Assembly (NCBI GenBank): GCA_013265495.1
Contig: MU061578.1
Span: 1,373,308-1,437,307 of the forward strand
DNA from: Vicugna vicugna
Taxonomy: Eukaryota
Direction: 5' to 3'
DNA: 64,000 nt
Positions within the stretch are counted from its first letter, which is position 1, and each line of letters opens with the position of its first letter. This document shows, in pieces, positions 13,064-25,479 of this stretch. Below the pieces are notes generated by a model. The model saw only the letters and a program-made list of their open reading frames with translations. It was not told the DNA's origin and made no database searches. The translations under genes were made by a program, and so were the position numbers.

Positions 13064-13235
13064 AACACATGGAATGTATAACTGAAAAAAATTGTGCTCT
13101 ACACTGGAATTTGACACAACATTGTAAAATGATTATAAATCAATAAAAAATGTTAAAAAAAACTTCAGTCCATTCATTAAAAAAATAAAAAAGCAAAACA
13201 AAACAAAGCAACAAAAAAAGCAAGCAAACAAAAAT
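13064..13235 (+). mobile_element. 5'-truncated lineage-specific L1 3' end with A-rich tail
   Basis: tgctctacactggaatttgacacaacattgtaaaatgattataaatcaataaaaaa followed by an A-rich tail. Confidence 0.8.
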
Positions 13236-14909
13236 CTTATTCAAAGGCTCAGGCCAAAGACTATAAAGAGAAAATTTTTTTGAAAAAAAGTAAACTGGTT
13301 TACCCATAAAGCTCCACCTACTTTATATACATATGTGGATTCATTCATTTATTTTTCCAACAATTAATGAGTGCATATTAGGTTCTTGATACTGGGCTTC
13401 ACCCACTTATACCGAAGTCTATCAGCATATGGACCTCTTTGAATGGAAGGAGAAATAGGAAAAAAAAATCCTGAAATTTTACTCTCTATATAAATGAGTT
13501 TTAATTCATGCCTGTCAAAGTTAGGGGCTTTTATTAGTGACTGTAAATATCAGAGAGACAAGAAGTCATGAGATTCTGAAATTGCCTTATAAATTACTTG
13601 CTGGTAGTGAAACAGTTGTTTGGTTTGTTGAGGGGTTGGGGTGGGGAGGGATTTTGGTGTTGAAATAATTATTGAACATTACTGAACCAAATAATTAAAC
13701 TGTGCTGTAAAATTACAGTTATGGTAATATTCCCATCATCATTTGTTTTGTTTCTCCTAATCTAAATTATGACATTTTTTTGGTTACTGCTTTGCAAAGC
13801 TACAAATATAACAGTCAAATCTGAAATTAAAACCAGCCTGCAAAAGTTATACAAGGTGATCCAATATGGTCCGCTAGCAATTATTCATGGCAAATTCTAT
13901 CACGAAGCTCTTAAATCTTTGCTGTAAAGCTAGCTGGTCGTGCACCAACTAAAACCTTAGATATTTATAGGTATCAGATGTGAGGTATGACTAGCTGAAA
14001 CAATCAAAATGCAAAGGAGATATCTGAAAGTCCAAAGGGAGCATCTTGGAATATCAGATTTCTGCTTCCTAACAGTGCTAAATCTCAGTAGTGCCAACAA
14101 GGGAGAAGGCACTGATACTTTCATGCAACCAAAGGGAACACTATATTCGCTCCCTCACTGCCCCACCCTGGGCTACTAACTCTCTTTGCTTTGCCTGTAA
14201 AATTCTGAACAAGGCAATATATTCCAGACAAACACTGAACTCATTTCTTAGGGCCCTGTGAGTGCAGAGGACTGGGTGGTCCCTGAGCCCCATACAAAAC
14301 CCATCACCATTATCATCCCAAAGGAGAAGAGGTTGGTAAATTATCAATTCATTCTTTTCCAAACTTCGTAGAGTTAACTCAGAATGATATGCCTAAATCT
14401 CATAGTCTCAACATGTTAAGTAATTCGCTTCCTCCTTGATTTTGTAGATCTTAACATTAGAGAGCAGGTTCCCAGATATTGAGATGATATTAGTAATTTC
14501 TGGGTGAATGTGTCCTTTGGAATGTTTTTAACGGGTGGGGAAATAGCCACTTTCTGAACAGACTTCCTTCCCATTCCTCTGATTCCCATGAAGACGTCGG
14601 CTCATGTGACTTCAAAGCACACCCGAATTAAGTAGTTGGAAGTTCAACACACAGCTGGTGCCATTCAGAATCTTATCCACTTCTAATCATTCAGGACGGA
14701 CCCGGAGAAAGATTCATATGGTTTTGAGAATCGGATGAATGTGTGTTTTGGAATTTGTTTTGTGAAGGGTTAAAAACCCTTAATCCTAAGAAATCAGAAT
14801 TAAGATAGAAGGTTCCAATTACAGTTTCCCTCTTCACCCTTTCTCTATTCCCCAGTGCTCCTGAGCACAAAACTCCATGTTCATCTCCTTTTCTTATGTG
14901 GCCCAATGG

Positions 14910-15184
14910 ATGCCAGCAGATTGCGTTCCTGGAGAAAGCCACCTTGCTGGCTTGCAGACATCCCTGTTCTTGCTGTGTCTTCACATGACAGAGAGACAAA
15001 GAGCTCTGGCTTCTCTTCCTTCTCTCATAAGGGCACTAATTCCATTACGGGTCCTCACCCTCATGATCTCATCTAAATCTAATTACTTTCCAAAGTTCCC
15101 CTTCTAAAAACCATCATACTGGAGGCTTCAACACAGGAATTTTGCAGGGGGGGGGGTGGAGAACATAAACATTCAGCCTGTAAC
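14910..15184 (-). mobile_element. MLT1A-like LTR
   Basis: ggcttgcagac...tcttcacatg...cataagggcactaattccatt...ccctcatgatctc...aaacattcagcctgtaaca. Confidence 0.85.
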
Positions 15185-15198
15185 AGAAGGGCACTAGA

Positions 15199-15310
15199 TG
15201 CAGGTAGGAAAACAGCTCAGTGGTAGAGCACATGCTTCGCATGCTTGAGGTCCTGGGTTCAGTCCCCAGTACCACCATTAAATTTTTATAAAATTAATTA
15301 ATTGAAAAAA
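15199..15310 (+). mobile_element. tRNA-derived SINE (camelid Vic-1-like)
   Basis: A box cagctcagtggtagagc, B box gggttcagtccc, AT-rich tail; 14-bp TSD agaagggcact(a/g)ga at 15185-15198 and 15311-15324. Confidence 0.88.
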
Positions 15311-15823
15311 AGAAGGGCACTGGAAATATGCAATCAACGTCTCCAATGACAGACACACAGACTGAGGCAAGTGTGCACTTCTGTTCCACTTGCCAACTTC
15401 AGTTTCCCAAGATTAAACATTACTTGATTTAAAAGAAATGTTTAAAAGGAAAGAGAATCAGAAATTGGTAAAGACAAAGATTTGGCTTGAATCTCCCTTT
15501 CCTTTTTGCCTTGTTAACTTGAACGTTCTCAGCACAAACCAGAATCAAGACTTACAGAAGTAGCTCTGGATCTCTATTCACTCCTTTTCCAGACCCTATA
15601 ATATACAATCCCACCTGTTTCAGCATCCTCTTATTTCAGATCGCTTCCTGTGTTCTTCCTCTCATGACAGTAAACCACCGCCCCCACCCCCAGTCCACTT
15701 GCACTGGCTAGCCAGCAGCTACTTCAATGCCTTTGACTAAAGATGCTGGAGGCTGCAACATGGAACACTGTTAAGACTCGAATGGGAAAATATGAATTAA
15801 TATTTGCTAATGTGAAATGAGTA

Positions 15824-16324
15824 TGAAAAAATACTGCAAACCGTACCAGTAAACAAAGAATGCTGGGGCCACTAAGTCATCAGCTGCCGCCGCCACCCCT
15901 GACAGCGAGCTCACGATGCGGACAGGTAGGCAGCCCGCCCTCTGCAGCCACCCACAACGGCGCACCCTGAGAACTCAGGACATGAAAGGACAGGACACTG
16001 GGCCTGGAGAGCCAGGTGCATGTCAAAGGAATGATTTCAATGAGCCCAGTCCTCTGTGCTTTCCTGTACATAGAAAAGCGCTAAATCCTTTAACTTGAGA
16101 TGCCCGGTTTTCTTTAGTTAACAGTAATCTTTTAATGTTCCGACTACCTGGTCTTTGTTGTAAAAGCTCCTATGCGTGGCTTCTCCCCTACCTCTTTGGA
16201 GCAGTCCCTCAGAGCCATCTGAGAGGCTGTCATCCAGGTCTTCAAGGGGTTCGAGTCCTCAGAAGTGTCTGCCGAATAAAACATAACCCTCAACTTTTAG
16301 GCTGTGCATTTATATCCGTCGACA
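15824..16324 (+). mobile_element. solo ERV1-class LTR (artiodactyl type), about 500 bp
   Basis: TG...CA termini, AATAAA at 16275-16280, U5 end aataaaacataaccctcaacttttaggctgtgca, retained CpGs; appears to interrupt a MIR. Confidence 0.82.
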
Positions 16325-16545
16325 CTCTGTCACGGATACTTGGAAAGGAATTTCACATGTATTAGCTTATTTAATTTTCTCAACACCCATTTGCTGAGAA
16401 AGCACCACTAGTATTGACGGTTTTCAGGTAAGCTAACTGAGATACAGTAATGTTAAATAACTTTCCAAGCTTCTCAGAAGAAGCAAGCGGGGGAGTTGGA
16501 TTTCATCTGCAAATTGATTGATCCAAGGTTCTGGACCTTTCTATT
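16325..16545 (-). mobile_element. MIR SINE (split by the LTR)
   Basis: cacatgtattagcttatttaattttctcaaca...aactgagatacagtaatgttaaataactttccaag. Confidence 0.75.
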
Positions 16546-16577
16546 TTGTTACTGTCTTGTTTCTGAGGGTTATTGTA

Positions 16578-16700
16578 AGTGGCCATATAATTTATTATCT
16601 ACACTTGTGAGTGTAGGGAGCGGGACATGTTAATAATTGTATCAGGATAAAGGTATAAGTAGGGCTTGTCCTGAGCCGATGTAAAGATAGTGACACCCTG
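16578..16700. mobile_element. MER94-like hAT-Blackjack fossil
   Basis: ccatataatttat...gagtgtaggg...ttaataatt...tgtcctgagc...caccctg. Confidence 0.65.
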
Positions 16701-19683
16701 GGTAATTGACACACAGGAATTCATTAATTGATAATTATGTATCGGAAAACTTTCCTGACGGCTCTTTCCTTCTCTTAATACTCAATAGTTTCTCAGAAGT
16801 GGGAAACTTTGCATCTGGCCAAAAGTTCTGGATTATAGGACTCACTCAAGAGAATAACTGTACAAAATCACAGTCACGAGCCAGTGACATTCCAGAAGCA
16901 GTCCTCTCCCACCTGCGCCCAACAGAAAGCAAAGGCTCACTTAGCTGAATGCAGAATGTGCCTTTCTTTGCACGACCAAGATGGGAATTTACAAAACATC
17001 TGCAGGTTAGTACATCTCCAAGCTGAAAGCTGATTGCTTTATGGGGAACTCCCTTTGGAATTGTTCCTGCTGGTTAGAATGCAATGATTAAATAAGAATT
17101 CATAGTAAGAGCAACCCATGGAATTTTGTTTAAGACTAGATAATACAGACTCTAACGAAAGTTTCTTTTTTCTTTTTTCTTTTTGCTAAGTTTAAAACAG
17201 TGACCAAAGTCACCATCTTAAAAATCCTTAATCTTTTGACAAAGTCCTTTTGACAAAATCCATTTCTGTTTAACCCAAAGATGCAGATGAAACATAGAAG
17301 CAGATTTGGATTCTTTTTCCCTCCGCCCAACATCCATCAGTAGCTTTTCATTATTACACAACAACCATTGATATATATTATTACTGTTTTGTCATAGCTT
17401 GAAACTCAAAGTCTGTCAGCCGTCCCACGCACAGTATCAGAGTGGCGGAAAGTAGTTTACATTGAGTAAAACATGAAAAAATAATGAGGAGAGACTGAAG
17501 TCGTAAAGAGCCACCAGAGAGAAGGTGAGTGAAGCCATTTGTTAATATAAAGAAAAATGCATGTTATGCAGAGAAAGACTGGGGGAAAGAAAAGGAGAGG
17601 TGGATCCTTTTATATAAAAATATCACCTGTTCTCTTCTATTTCAATCCTCCCATTTCCATATTTACCCAAAGATGTTGTGCTAGTCACTATTGCTTCCTT
17701 TCTTTCCTGTTTTTTCCCCCCAATGTATTGGTTACTTGATTTATTCATTTCTGGAGGAGAACAAAATGGGTCAGCTTTATCACGCAATGCATTAACACTA
17801 AGTTATTTAGAAGGCAAGGGAACTGTCAGGAATAAATAGGACCGCACACAGAAAAGGGAGAACTTGATTGCAGCTGAAAATGTTAATATACAGTTGTAGT
17901 TGGCACAGCTTACCAACAAAGCAAAACAAACCCATTTGTGAAAAGTGATAAACTACAAGGCAAACTTCCAGAAGTCAGAGTGGTCTTAGGAATTAAAGAG
18001 ATTAGGGACTACCACGTTGTCATGCTACGTTATGAGGAAGAATAATAAATCTCCTAGCCCATCATATTTTGTCAAATTAAAAACAAATTCTGGAATACAA
18101 AATATCATCTATAGAATAATGTAAATTGTGTCTCTAATGCTTAACTACAATTTCTGAAATGTGATAGCAGATTGCTAACATGTGTTCCATAAAAAGGTCT
18201 GTGTTAGGGTACGTGCAGATATAAAGAAAAGATCAAAATGGTGTACACTAAATATAAGCTGATAACATCACAAGTGACTTTTCTTCTTTGTGTGTGTCTC
18301 AATTTGTCATGTTATCTATAAAGAACATACGTTACCATAATTATTATAAGTATTATAAGTACCGTAATTATTACAAGTAAGACTCACCCCCACCGTCGAC
18401 ACTCGGATTGAGGAAAGAAGCTTAACCCTGGAATGTAATGTTTTGAATTTATTCAATTTAAAAAAAAAAAGCAAACCCTCAAAATGTTCCTTCTGTTTTG
18501 ATGAGTATCTATTTACACAACATCATGAAAAAGGCATGGGCTCCCAAAAAAAGACTCAGAGCAATAAATGCCCCTGCCTACGGTTTTCAAACCTGTCTTA
18601 CAGGAGAAGCAAATTTTAAAAAATAGGTTAGGTTGAACACAGTAAATATGCTAGGGAGCAACCTCTTCTTCAGGATCCCCTGCATTATCTAGAGGCTTTC
18701 TAAAGCCAGTATGGAGTTTTCCATCATGGACAAAATAAAATACGTGAATTATTAGATCACTGATTTTGTAATGTGCTCCCTTGACCCACTCAGCCCATGA
18801 TAATGTATTTCTTAGTCCATGATAAAAAGATGAGCATAAGGGATTCTAAGCCTAAGGCTCAAGTTTTCATGAAGTTTCCTTTTCTTTTATTATAAGATTA
18901 TATCCTTCCCACTCTTTTGGGCATGACAATGTCATTTCTTTTCTAAAATGTCGATTTTATAAAATGACTAAATCTCATAAAGTAAAACAGTCTCCCCTTA
19001 CTATGCCCTGTTTGTATTTATTTTATTATTATTTTTGGAGATGTCTTCATGTCTTCAGATCACTGGCTTTGATAACTAAAGAATGAAGGGTCATGCCTAC
19101 ATTTTTATTTTTTAATGCACCTCAAAGTGGAAGAGTTACAGTTTTGGGGACAAGTCTAGGAACCTACGGATCTGAGAAGAAAAAATGATGAATTATTTAT
19201 GAGATGGGATAAGAATTATTAAAATAATTTCCCTGAAATGACCCCTTCTTCTGCCTGGTAAAGAGAATTCTGGCTTTTTTGTTTGTCAGTTTTGCTTCAA
19301 CCCTCCTTGCACTCAGATGCAGGTTAAGCCCTTGCTAGGGAGATCAGTTAGCGATTTTGTAAGGTATACGTCTAAAACAAAGGAGGAGAGAGAGAAAGCC
19401 AGGAGAATTGTGAGCATTTTGCAAGAGAGAGAGAAGACTGAAGATATACAAAGTGTGAAGGAAAGAGACAGACATGGATAGGTAATTTTTTAGTAAATAT
19501 TCAAAATACTAGTAAGGAATTTGGTGTTTCATTTTGGTTACAAGACTTCCATTCGTCACATGCCCTCCCGAGACTGGAGCACACGGCTCATTACCTCCTT
19601 GGGGTTATATCTGTTGCTAAAGAGAGTTGCTGACCTCCAATTTGTTTGTGCCTGGGGTCATTTTTTTCAAACCAAAATGTTAA

Positions 19684-19935
19684 TTTTTTAAAAATTTTAT
19701 TTTATTTTGTTATAGTCAGTTTACAATGTTGTGTCAATTTCCAGGGTAGAACATTTTTCAGTTATTCATGAACGGACATATATTCAGTCACATACTTTTT
19801 CACCGTGAGCTACCACAAGATCCTGTATACATTTCCCTGTGCTGTACAGTATAATCTTGTTTATCTGTTCTACGTATACCTGTCAGTATCTACAAATTTC
19901 GAACTCCCAGAATGTCCCTTCCCACCCTCCTCTCG
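19684..19935 (-). mobile_element. lineage-specific L1 3' UTR
   Basis: T-rich tail, then tatagtcagtttacaatgttgtgtcaatttcc...ttccctgtgctgtacagta...aaatttcgaactccca. Confidence 0.88.
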
Positions 19936-20293
19936 ATGTCATTCTCACTGCCTGTTACATCATCTTCATCTGACAGCAAAGATTAAAAGGACATCCAGAA
20001 ACAGCCTATGATTTGATTGACCTTACATTTAGCTCTACAACCAAGAAATAATAGTAATAGGTACCTAAGCACCATCCCTGCTGTGCGTTCTACTTGTACA
20101 AGTGACATAATGATTAAGAGGTGGCAGAAGGCAATGCTTGCTCGGGTTCTTCCTTTATGGGTCTTTTCTAAATTCCAGTAATGACCTTTGAAGTTTCAGT
20201 CATAGAGTCTTCACGGTTAGGGAGTCCTCACTTTCTTGGTTGCCCCTGGGCATTTCCACAAATTCATCCCCACCATTTGCTCTTGACTTTTTC

Positions 20294-20420
20294 TTTTAAT
20301 TACATTTTTAAAACAACTTTATTGTGGTATAATTTTTGTAGAGTAAACCGCATATATTTCAGATGTACAATCTGATGAGTTTTGATAGATGAATATAGCT
20401 ATGAAACCGCCACCACAATC
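20294..20420 (-). mobile_element. old L1M (L1MB/MC-type) 3' end
   Basis: aactttattgtggtataat...tgtacaatctgatgagttttga...gaaaccgccaccacaatc. Confidence 0.75.
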
Positions 20421-20760
20421 CAAGACGTGGAAACAAACCTTAATGTCCATCGGCACATGACTGGATAAAGAAGCTGTGCTTTATTTATTCAATGGAATAC
20501 CACTCAGCCATAAAAAAGAATAAAACAATGCCATTTGCAACAACATGGATAGACCTGGAGATCATCATTCTAAGCGAAGTGAGCCAGAAAGAGAAAGGAA
20601 AATGCCATATACTAGTGGTCTATGTGGAATCTAAAAAAGAGAGACACATATGAACTTACTTACAAAACAGAAACAGACTCACAGACATAGACAACAGACC
20701 TATGGTTACCAGGGTGTAAAGGGGATGGGAAGGGATAAATTGGGAGCTTGAAATTTGCAC
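20421..20760 (+). mobile_element. lineage-specific L1 fragment (ORF2 C-terminus/3' UTR)
   Basis: caagacgtggaaacaa...aatggaataccactcagccataaaaaagaa...acaaaacagaaacagactcacagacatag. Confidence 0.9.
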
Positions 20761-21400
20761 CACTTGGAAATGTTAGGTATCTCGACTGAGCTCTTGACTT
20801 TTTCCTCTAATCTATATCCAGGAGATGCTGCGTCTCCAACCTTGAGGGTCTTGCCTCCAGGCTGGAATGTTTTCTGCCACGTCCTTCTTACTCTGAGAAC
20901 AAATTCAGGCAAACCCTGCGCATTTACCCCTTGGAGTTTTGATCCCCTAATTGGCTCCCTTTTTCATCTCCTCTCCCACAACTAATCTTTCAGAGACACC
21001 ATTGCTCTCCACCGTAGACTAATGCACCAAACGCCTTATGAGGACTCTACAAACCCTTTCAAAAACCAGCAGCAACCTATTTTTTTTAACACCATCTGTG
21101 ATCATCCTCCTTTTACCTCCAGGTCTGTTCAGACTAAGCTATTCCCTCATTCTCAGATACATACTACAACTTTATTCACATCATTTCATCTTCTGAAATA
21201 CTAACTCTCTTTTCTGCCTGAAAAAAAAAAACTTTTCATTCTTCAAGAATGAAGGTTCAAGTCAAATATCACCTCCTTTCTGCAGGTTGCACGTGCCAGA
21301 CAGAGCTGTTTGTCCCCTCTCCTGTCCCTGAACTATTGCTAGTAACTCTGCCATTGCGTCTCCCCATAGCACTGAATGAAAGAGGTTTTATTTGTTTATT
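20761..21400 (+). mobile_element. degenerate L2 fragment(s)
   Basis: cacttgga...actgagctcttga; cattcttcaaga...tcaagtcaaatatcacctcct. Confidence 0.55.
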
Positions 21401-21444
21401 TTTTTATTTGACTGTCTTCCTCCATTTCATCAAAACCTACTCAA

Positions 21445-21628
21445 GGACCTTGCTATTCAAAAGGTGTTTCTTCGGACCAGCAGAATCAGCATCCTTTGTG
21501 AACTTGCTAAAAAGGGAAACTCAAAGCTCTACTCTAGACTTACTGAATTACCATCTCTGGGGCTGGTCCAGGAATCTGCATCTTTAGAAAATTTCCAGGG
21601 GATTCTTATTCCCAGTAGAACTGAAGAT
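21445..21628 (+). mobile_element. MER5-family DNA transposon
   Basis: ggaccagcagaatcagcatc...gaacttgctaaaa...ctagacttactgaat...caggaatctgcat. Confidence 0.8.
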
Positions 21629-22587
21629 CAGGGAACCAATGCTCATTTCACTTTATGTGCCTAAACACGACACACACAGCCTGCTCACGAGAAACCTGAA
21701 AGTGAAATTTCAAAACCACTTTTTCTTTTTTACTATCAAGTGCATCCTTTCCAAGTCTCCCCTGCAGTTCAGTGACACGTTCTCATCAAAATTAGTTTTG
21801 CCCTGCTTTCTCCCGTCAGTATTGACCGGAGTTTATTGAGTTTACCCGACACACTCCAGGATCTACATCACAGCTCTTGTCTGATTCAAGTCTCCCCATT
21901 GTCCATTCCAAGCCAGTTCCCTCCGCAGACCCCCTGCTGGTGCCAAGGAGAACACCTGTTAATGTTAATGGCATTCCTGGGCAGAGAGAAAGAGCAGGCT
22001 AGACCAAGGAAAGGGGGCACTGCCTAGGGAAGAGGGAGAGCGCATTAACGTGAAAATGCTCTCCCCCAGTGTTAATTATAGACGGTGTCTTCAACTTGCT
22101 GTGAGTCTGGAAGACCTCAATGCCTTCCAAAACACATCTGACCTTATCACACACTCTGCAAAGTGCAGGAGGGTACATGCCAAGTCAGGAATACTGCAAG
22201 AGAAAGTCCGAACAGAGGGGCTGCTAACTGGAACAACTTGATAGTTTACTATGAAATGAGAGCTTTAGTTAGTGACATTGGATCTGCCCAGTTAAAGGAA
22301 TATTGAGAGTTGAAGCAATTATCGCACTAACTGAATGGGGGAGAAATGCATTTCTTTTGGAAAAGAGACTCAGTTTACGTTGATCAAAGACAGTGGGAAA
22401 CAGTTACACTTGTCCAGCTTTGGTCTTGTGGACCAAGAGTACTTCATCCCTTAGCTTGTATGCCCCCAAACAATCCTGATGAGATACTGCACTTAAAATG
22501 AACGTGGCTTTTGGCCAAAGCCCTTTTGCAGACATGAAAATGGTTAGAGTGTGGCAATCTGAAAAAAAGGCAGTCTGATGGGCACAG

Positions 22588-22591
<4 letters not shown>

Positions 22592-22624
<33 letters not shown>
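22592..22624. repeat. (CA)16 microsatellite
   Basis: Perfect dinucleotide run. Confidence 0.97.
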
Positions 22625-22625
<1 letters not shown>

Positions 22626-22659
22626 CACAGAGTGATGGTTATAGCTTCTTAGATGTGCT

Positions 22660-23370
22660 CTTTTTTCCTTCTGTAATATATTAGACACATAAAAAATATA
22701 GAAGATGCTAAAGCATATGCCATATGTCCACTTTGCAGCTTGCATCATAAATATAACTGAATCTCTCTCAGTGGCTCTTTCTGATGGCATCTCTTTTCCC
22801 CACTCCCCCAACGAGGTGGCTACACTGCAGAACTCAGTATTTCTCATTCCCACACATCTCTCTCTCCTGATCATACACCTGCATATACCCCAAGAGGATA
22901 CACAGTATTTTCCCATGTTACAAAAACTGTACATGAATGAGGGCACATGGCATGTCCCCTTCTGCAGATTACTTTCCACTGATGTTCAGTATAACGGTTT
23001 TGAGGTTAATCCATGTTGACACACAGAAATCCAATGCGTTAATTTTAACTACAGCATGGCATTCCAGAGATTAATTTTGCTACAATTTATTTACTATTTC
23101 CCTGTCCGCAGGCGATTAATGTTTATATGGTTGATTGTTCTTTTCCCATCTTTTTGCTTCGACGATGGTAAAATCGATATTTTCATGCATGTCTCTTAGG
23201 GGTGATGTGGCTGAGTCAAAATTTATGAGCATCTTGAACTTTCCATAATGTTGCCAAATTGGTCTCTAAAGCAGTTGCCTCATGTTAGAGTGCCCACTGA
23301 CCCCACATCCTTGCCAAGACGTGGTGTCATCTAACTTTTAATATTTGCCAAGTTGAAGAGTGTGAGATAA
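22660..23370 (-). mobile_element. L1ME-type LINE fragment
   Basis: ttttgaggttaatccatgttga...ttttaactacagcatggcattcca...ttgccaaattg...ccccacatccttgccaa. Confidence 0.8.
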
Positions 23371-24229
23371 ATGCTTTCTAGAGATACTTTCCAGAGATGA
23401 GTATTTAGCATTCCCAGGACACATGGTTCCATTAGCACTGAGAATATTGAGTAATCAGACCTGGTAAGTAATATCTCTCAGTAGCGTTACGTGCCTAACA
23501 TTGTGTCTGGAACATGACAGATTCCATACACTGCTGGTCAAATGAACTCATGTAAGCTCTTGCAGATAACTCAAAAAAAAAATGAGGCAAAGAAAACAGG
23601 TGCAAAAAACAGCAGTGAATAGCCAGTACATGATTATTCTTTAAAAAAAAAAAAGGGGAGAAAAAATGCAATTACAAATATTCTTTCTTCACTTACCTCA
23701 GCAATATAGCTTGTTCCATCAGGCACCCTCGTGGTTTGGACTCACCCACTTTACAGTCAATGAGCAAAAACCAATTCCACTCCTCAAATTCGTCTCACTT
23801 ACTATTCAGCTGCCTCAATTCATTAATTTGCTTAATCAGCCCTCATCAATAACACTTCTCTCCACTGCATTCCTCTCACTGAAAGGAAAAGCAAGCTCTG
23901 AATACTCAAAAGTGTGAATCTATCAAGAAACGAGAACGGCAGAAGGAGAAAAAAAAAAACTTGTATAATGCCTTTTGGGGGATTGAAATAACTTCATATG
24001 AACATGTCTGCTGTTACCAAGAGGTCAAGGCTGGAAGACGTTTTCTCATTTTGCCGATGCTGTAGTCACTTCAAAAATGTGAATGAAATGGTTACAACAT
24101 TTAGAGACTAGCAAATGACAATTCTATGGAGGTTAGGCAGCAACGCGGAGAGACATTTCCCCCCTCACTGGAAGATGTCTGAGACGTACCCGACAAAGTG
24201 CGGCTCATTTCAATTCACATTTTTACAAG

Positions 24230-24232
<3 letters not shown>

Positions 24233-24266
<34 letters not shown>
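24233..24266. repeat. (CA)17 microsatellite
   Basis: Perfect dinucleotide run. Confidence 0.97.
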
Positions 24267-24269
<3 letters not shown>

Positions 24270-25479
24270 CAGACTTACATCTGGGAAATTTGCTGGCCCG
24301 TTGCCATTAGGTTTATACACCGGAACAAGAGCAAAAACAGCCTTACTGAGAATTATCCAGTTTTCTGCTGAACACATGGCCACCAAGTAAAAGACATGAT
24401 GATCTTAGGGTCAATGTTAAACCCTGAGTATGGGCTAAAGGTTCATAAAACATAAGTTCCCTCATTTGTTTGAGGAGGGAAGAAGAGAATTGTACACAGG
24501 ATGTTTGATCCTTTCTTATGGAAAGATAACAGGTAACAAACAGATCAATGGACGAGATGAGAACAAATTACATGCAGAAGATGGCATTTTTATGAAGAAG
24601 AAATATCGTCTTCTCATTCGATAGAGGAAATCAGTTGTATTTCTACCGTATCTTAGAACGACCTACTAGCATGGGAGGTATTAAGGACACATAATCTATT
24701 TCCTTCTCCCAACCTCATTCCTGACCCCCATACATAAATGAGTGCAGCACGTGACTGAGACTTGGTTAGTTAACCTACAACAGGTGAATGTGGTTTTTTC
24801 CCCCTACTTTTGACTGATGGGAGAAAAAAAAAATCTTCCTTTTGGAACTGGAGGCGTCACCAATCACGTGCTAGTGCAGTTGTAACTACGCTTCACAAAC
24901 AGCTGTGAGTCGGAACCATGCATGGTGCACTGAGGACTTTGCTTCTGACCCCCAGAGGACAATGCCACTGCTCGGACTATTGGGTTCCCCGAACATTTCA
25001 ACTCAGAATAGAAGCCTTTCAACAAAACAGAATAAATGCTGTGTTTTTGCAATCTTCGTCACTCCGTTAAAAAGGTCAAGTTCAACGGCTTTATTCTGAC
25101 ACCTAATTCTGCACAGTCATTGCTTCCCTTCTTTGATGGGGACACCCAATGTGTTCTCAGTCTCATATGATGTGAACGAAGCCCTCCCTGGGAAACGTGG
25201 AGCTGCAACCATCAGGCCTGAGTAAAATGAAGATGCCTGTTACACGAATGTGCCCTCAAAGAACGTTTCTTCTGTCTCTGCCCTGAAACCAAACCGCTAT
25301 GCCTACATCCCCCCTCTACGAAAATTAGAGAGCGGCTGCAAGCTCGCCATTATAGAAAGAAAAGAACAACTACAAAAAAAGGCAACAGCCAGAAGAGGGT
25401 CATCTTGGTTCCAATCTAGTTTCCCCTGTAGTTGGGATGAAACTTCTGGCCAGGGATGACACTTGCCACCACTGTGACA

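Noticed and set aside
15205..15275. tRNA-Ala-like sequence as a tRNA gene
   Set aside because: Acceptor stem degenerate; AT tail and TSD show it is a SINE
22404..22979. 191-aa ORF
   Set aside because: Spans a (CA)n tract and a decayed L1; not protein-like
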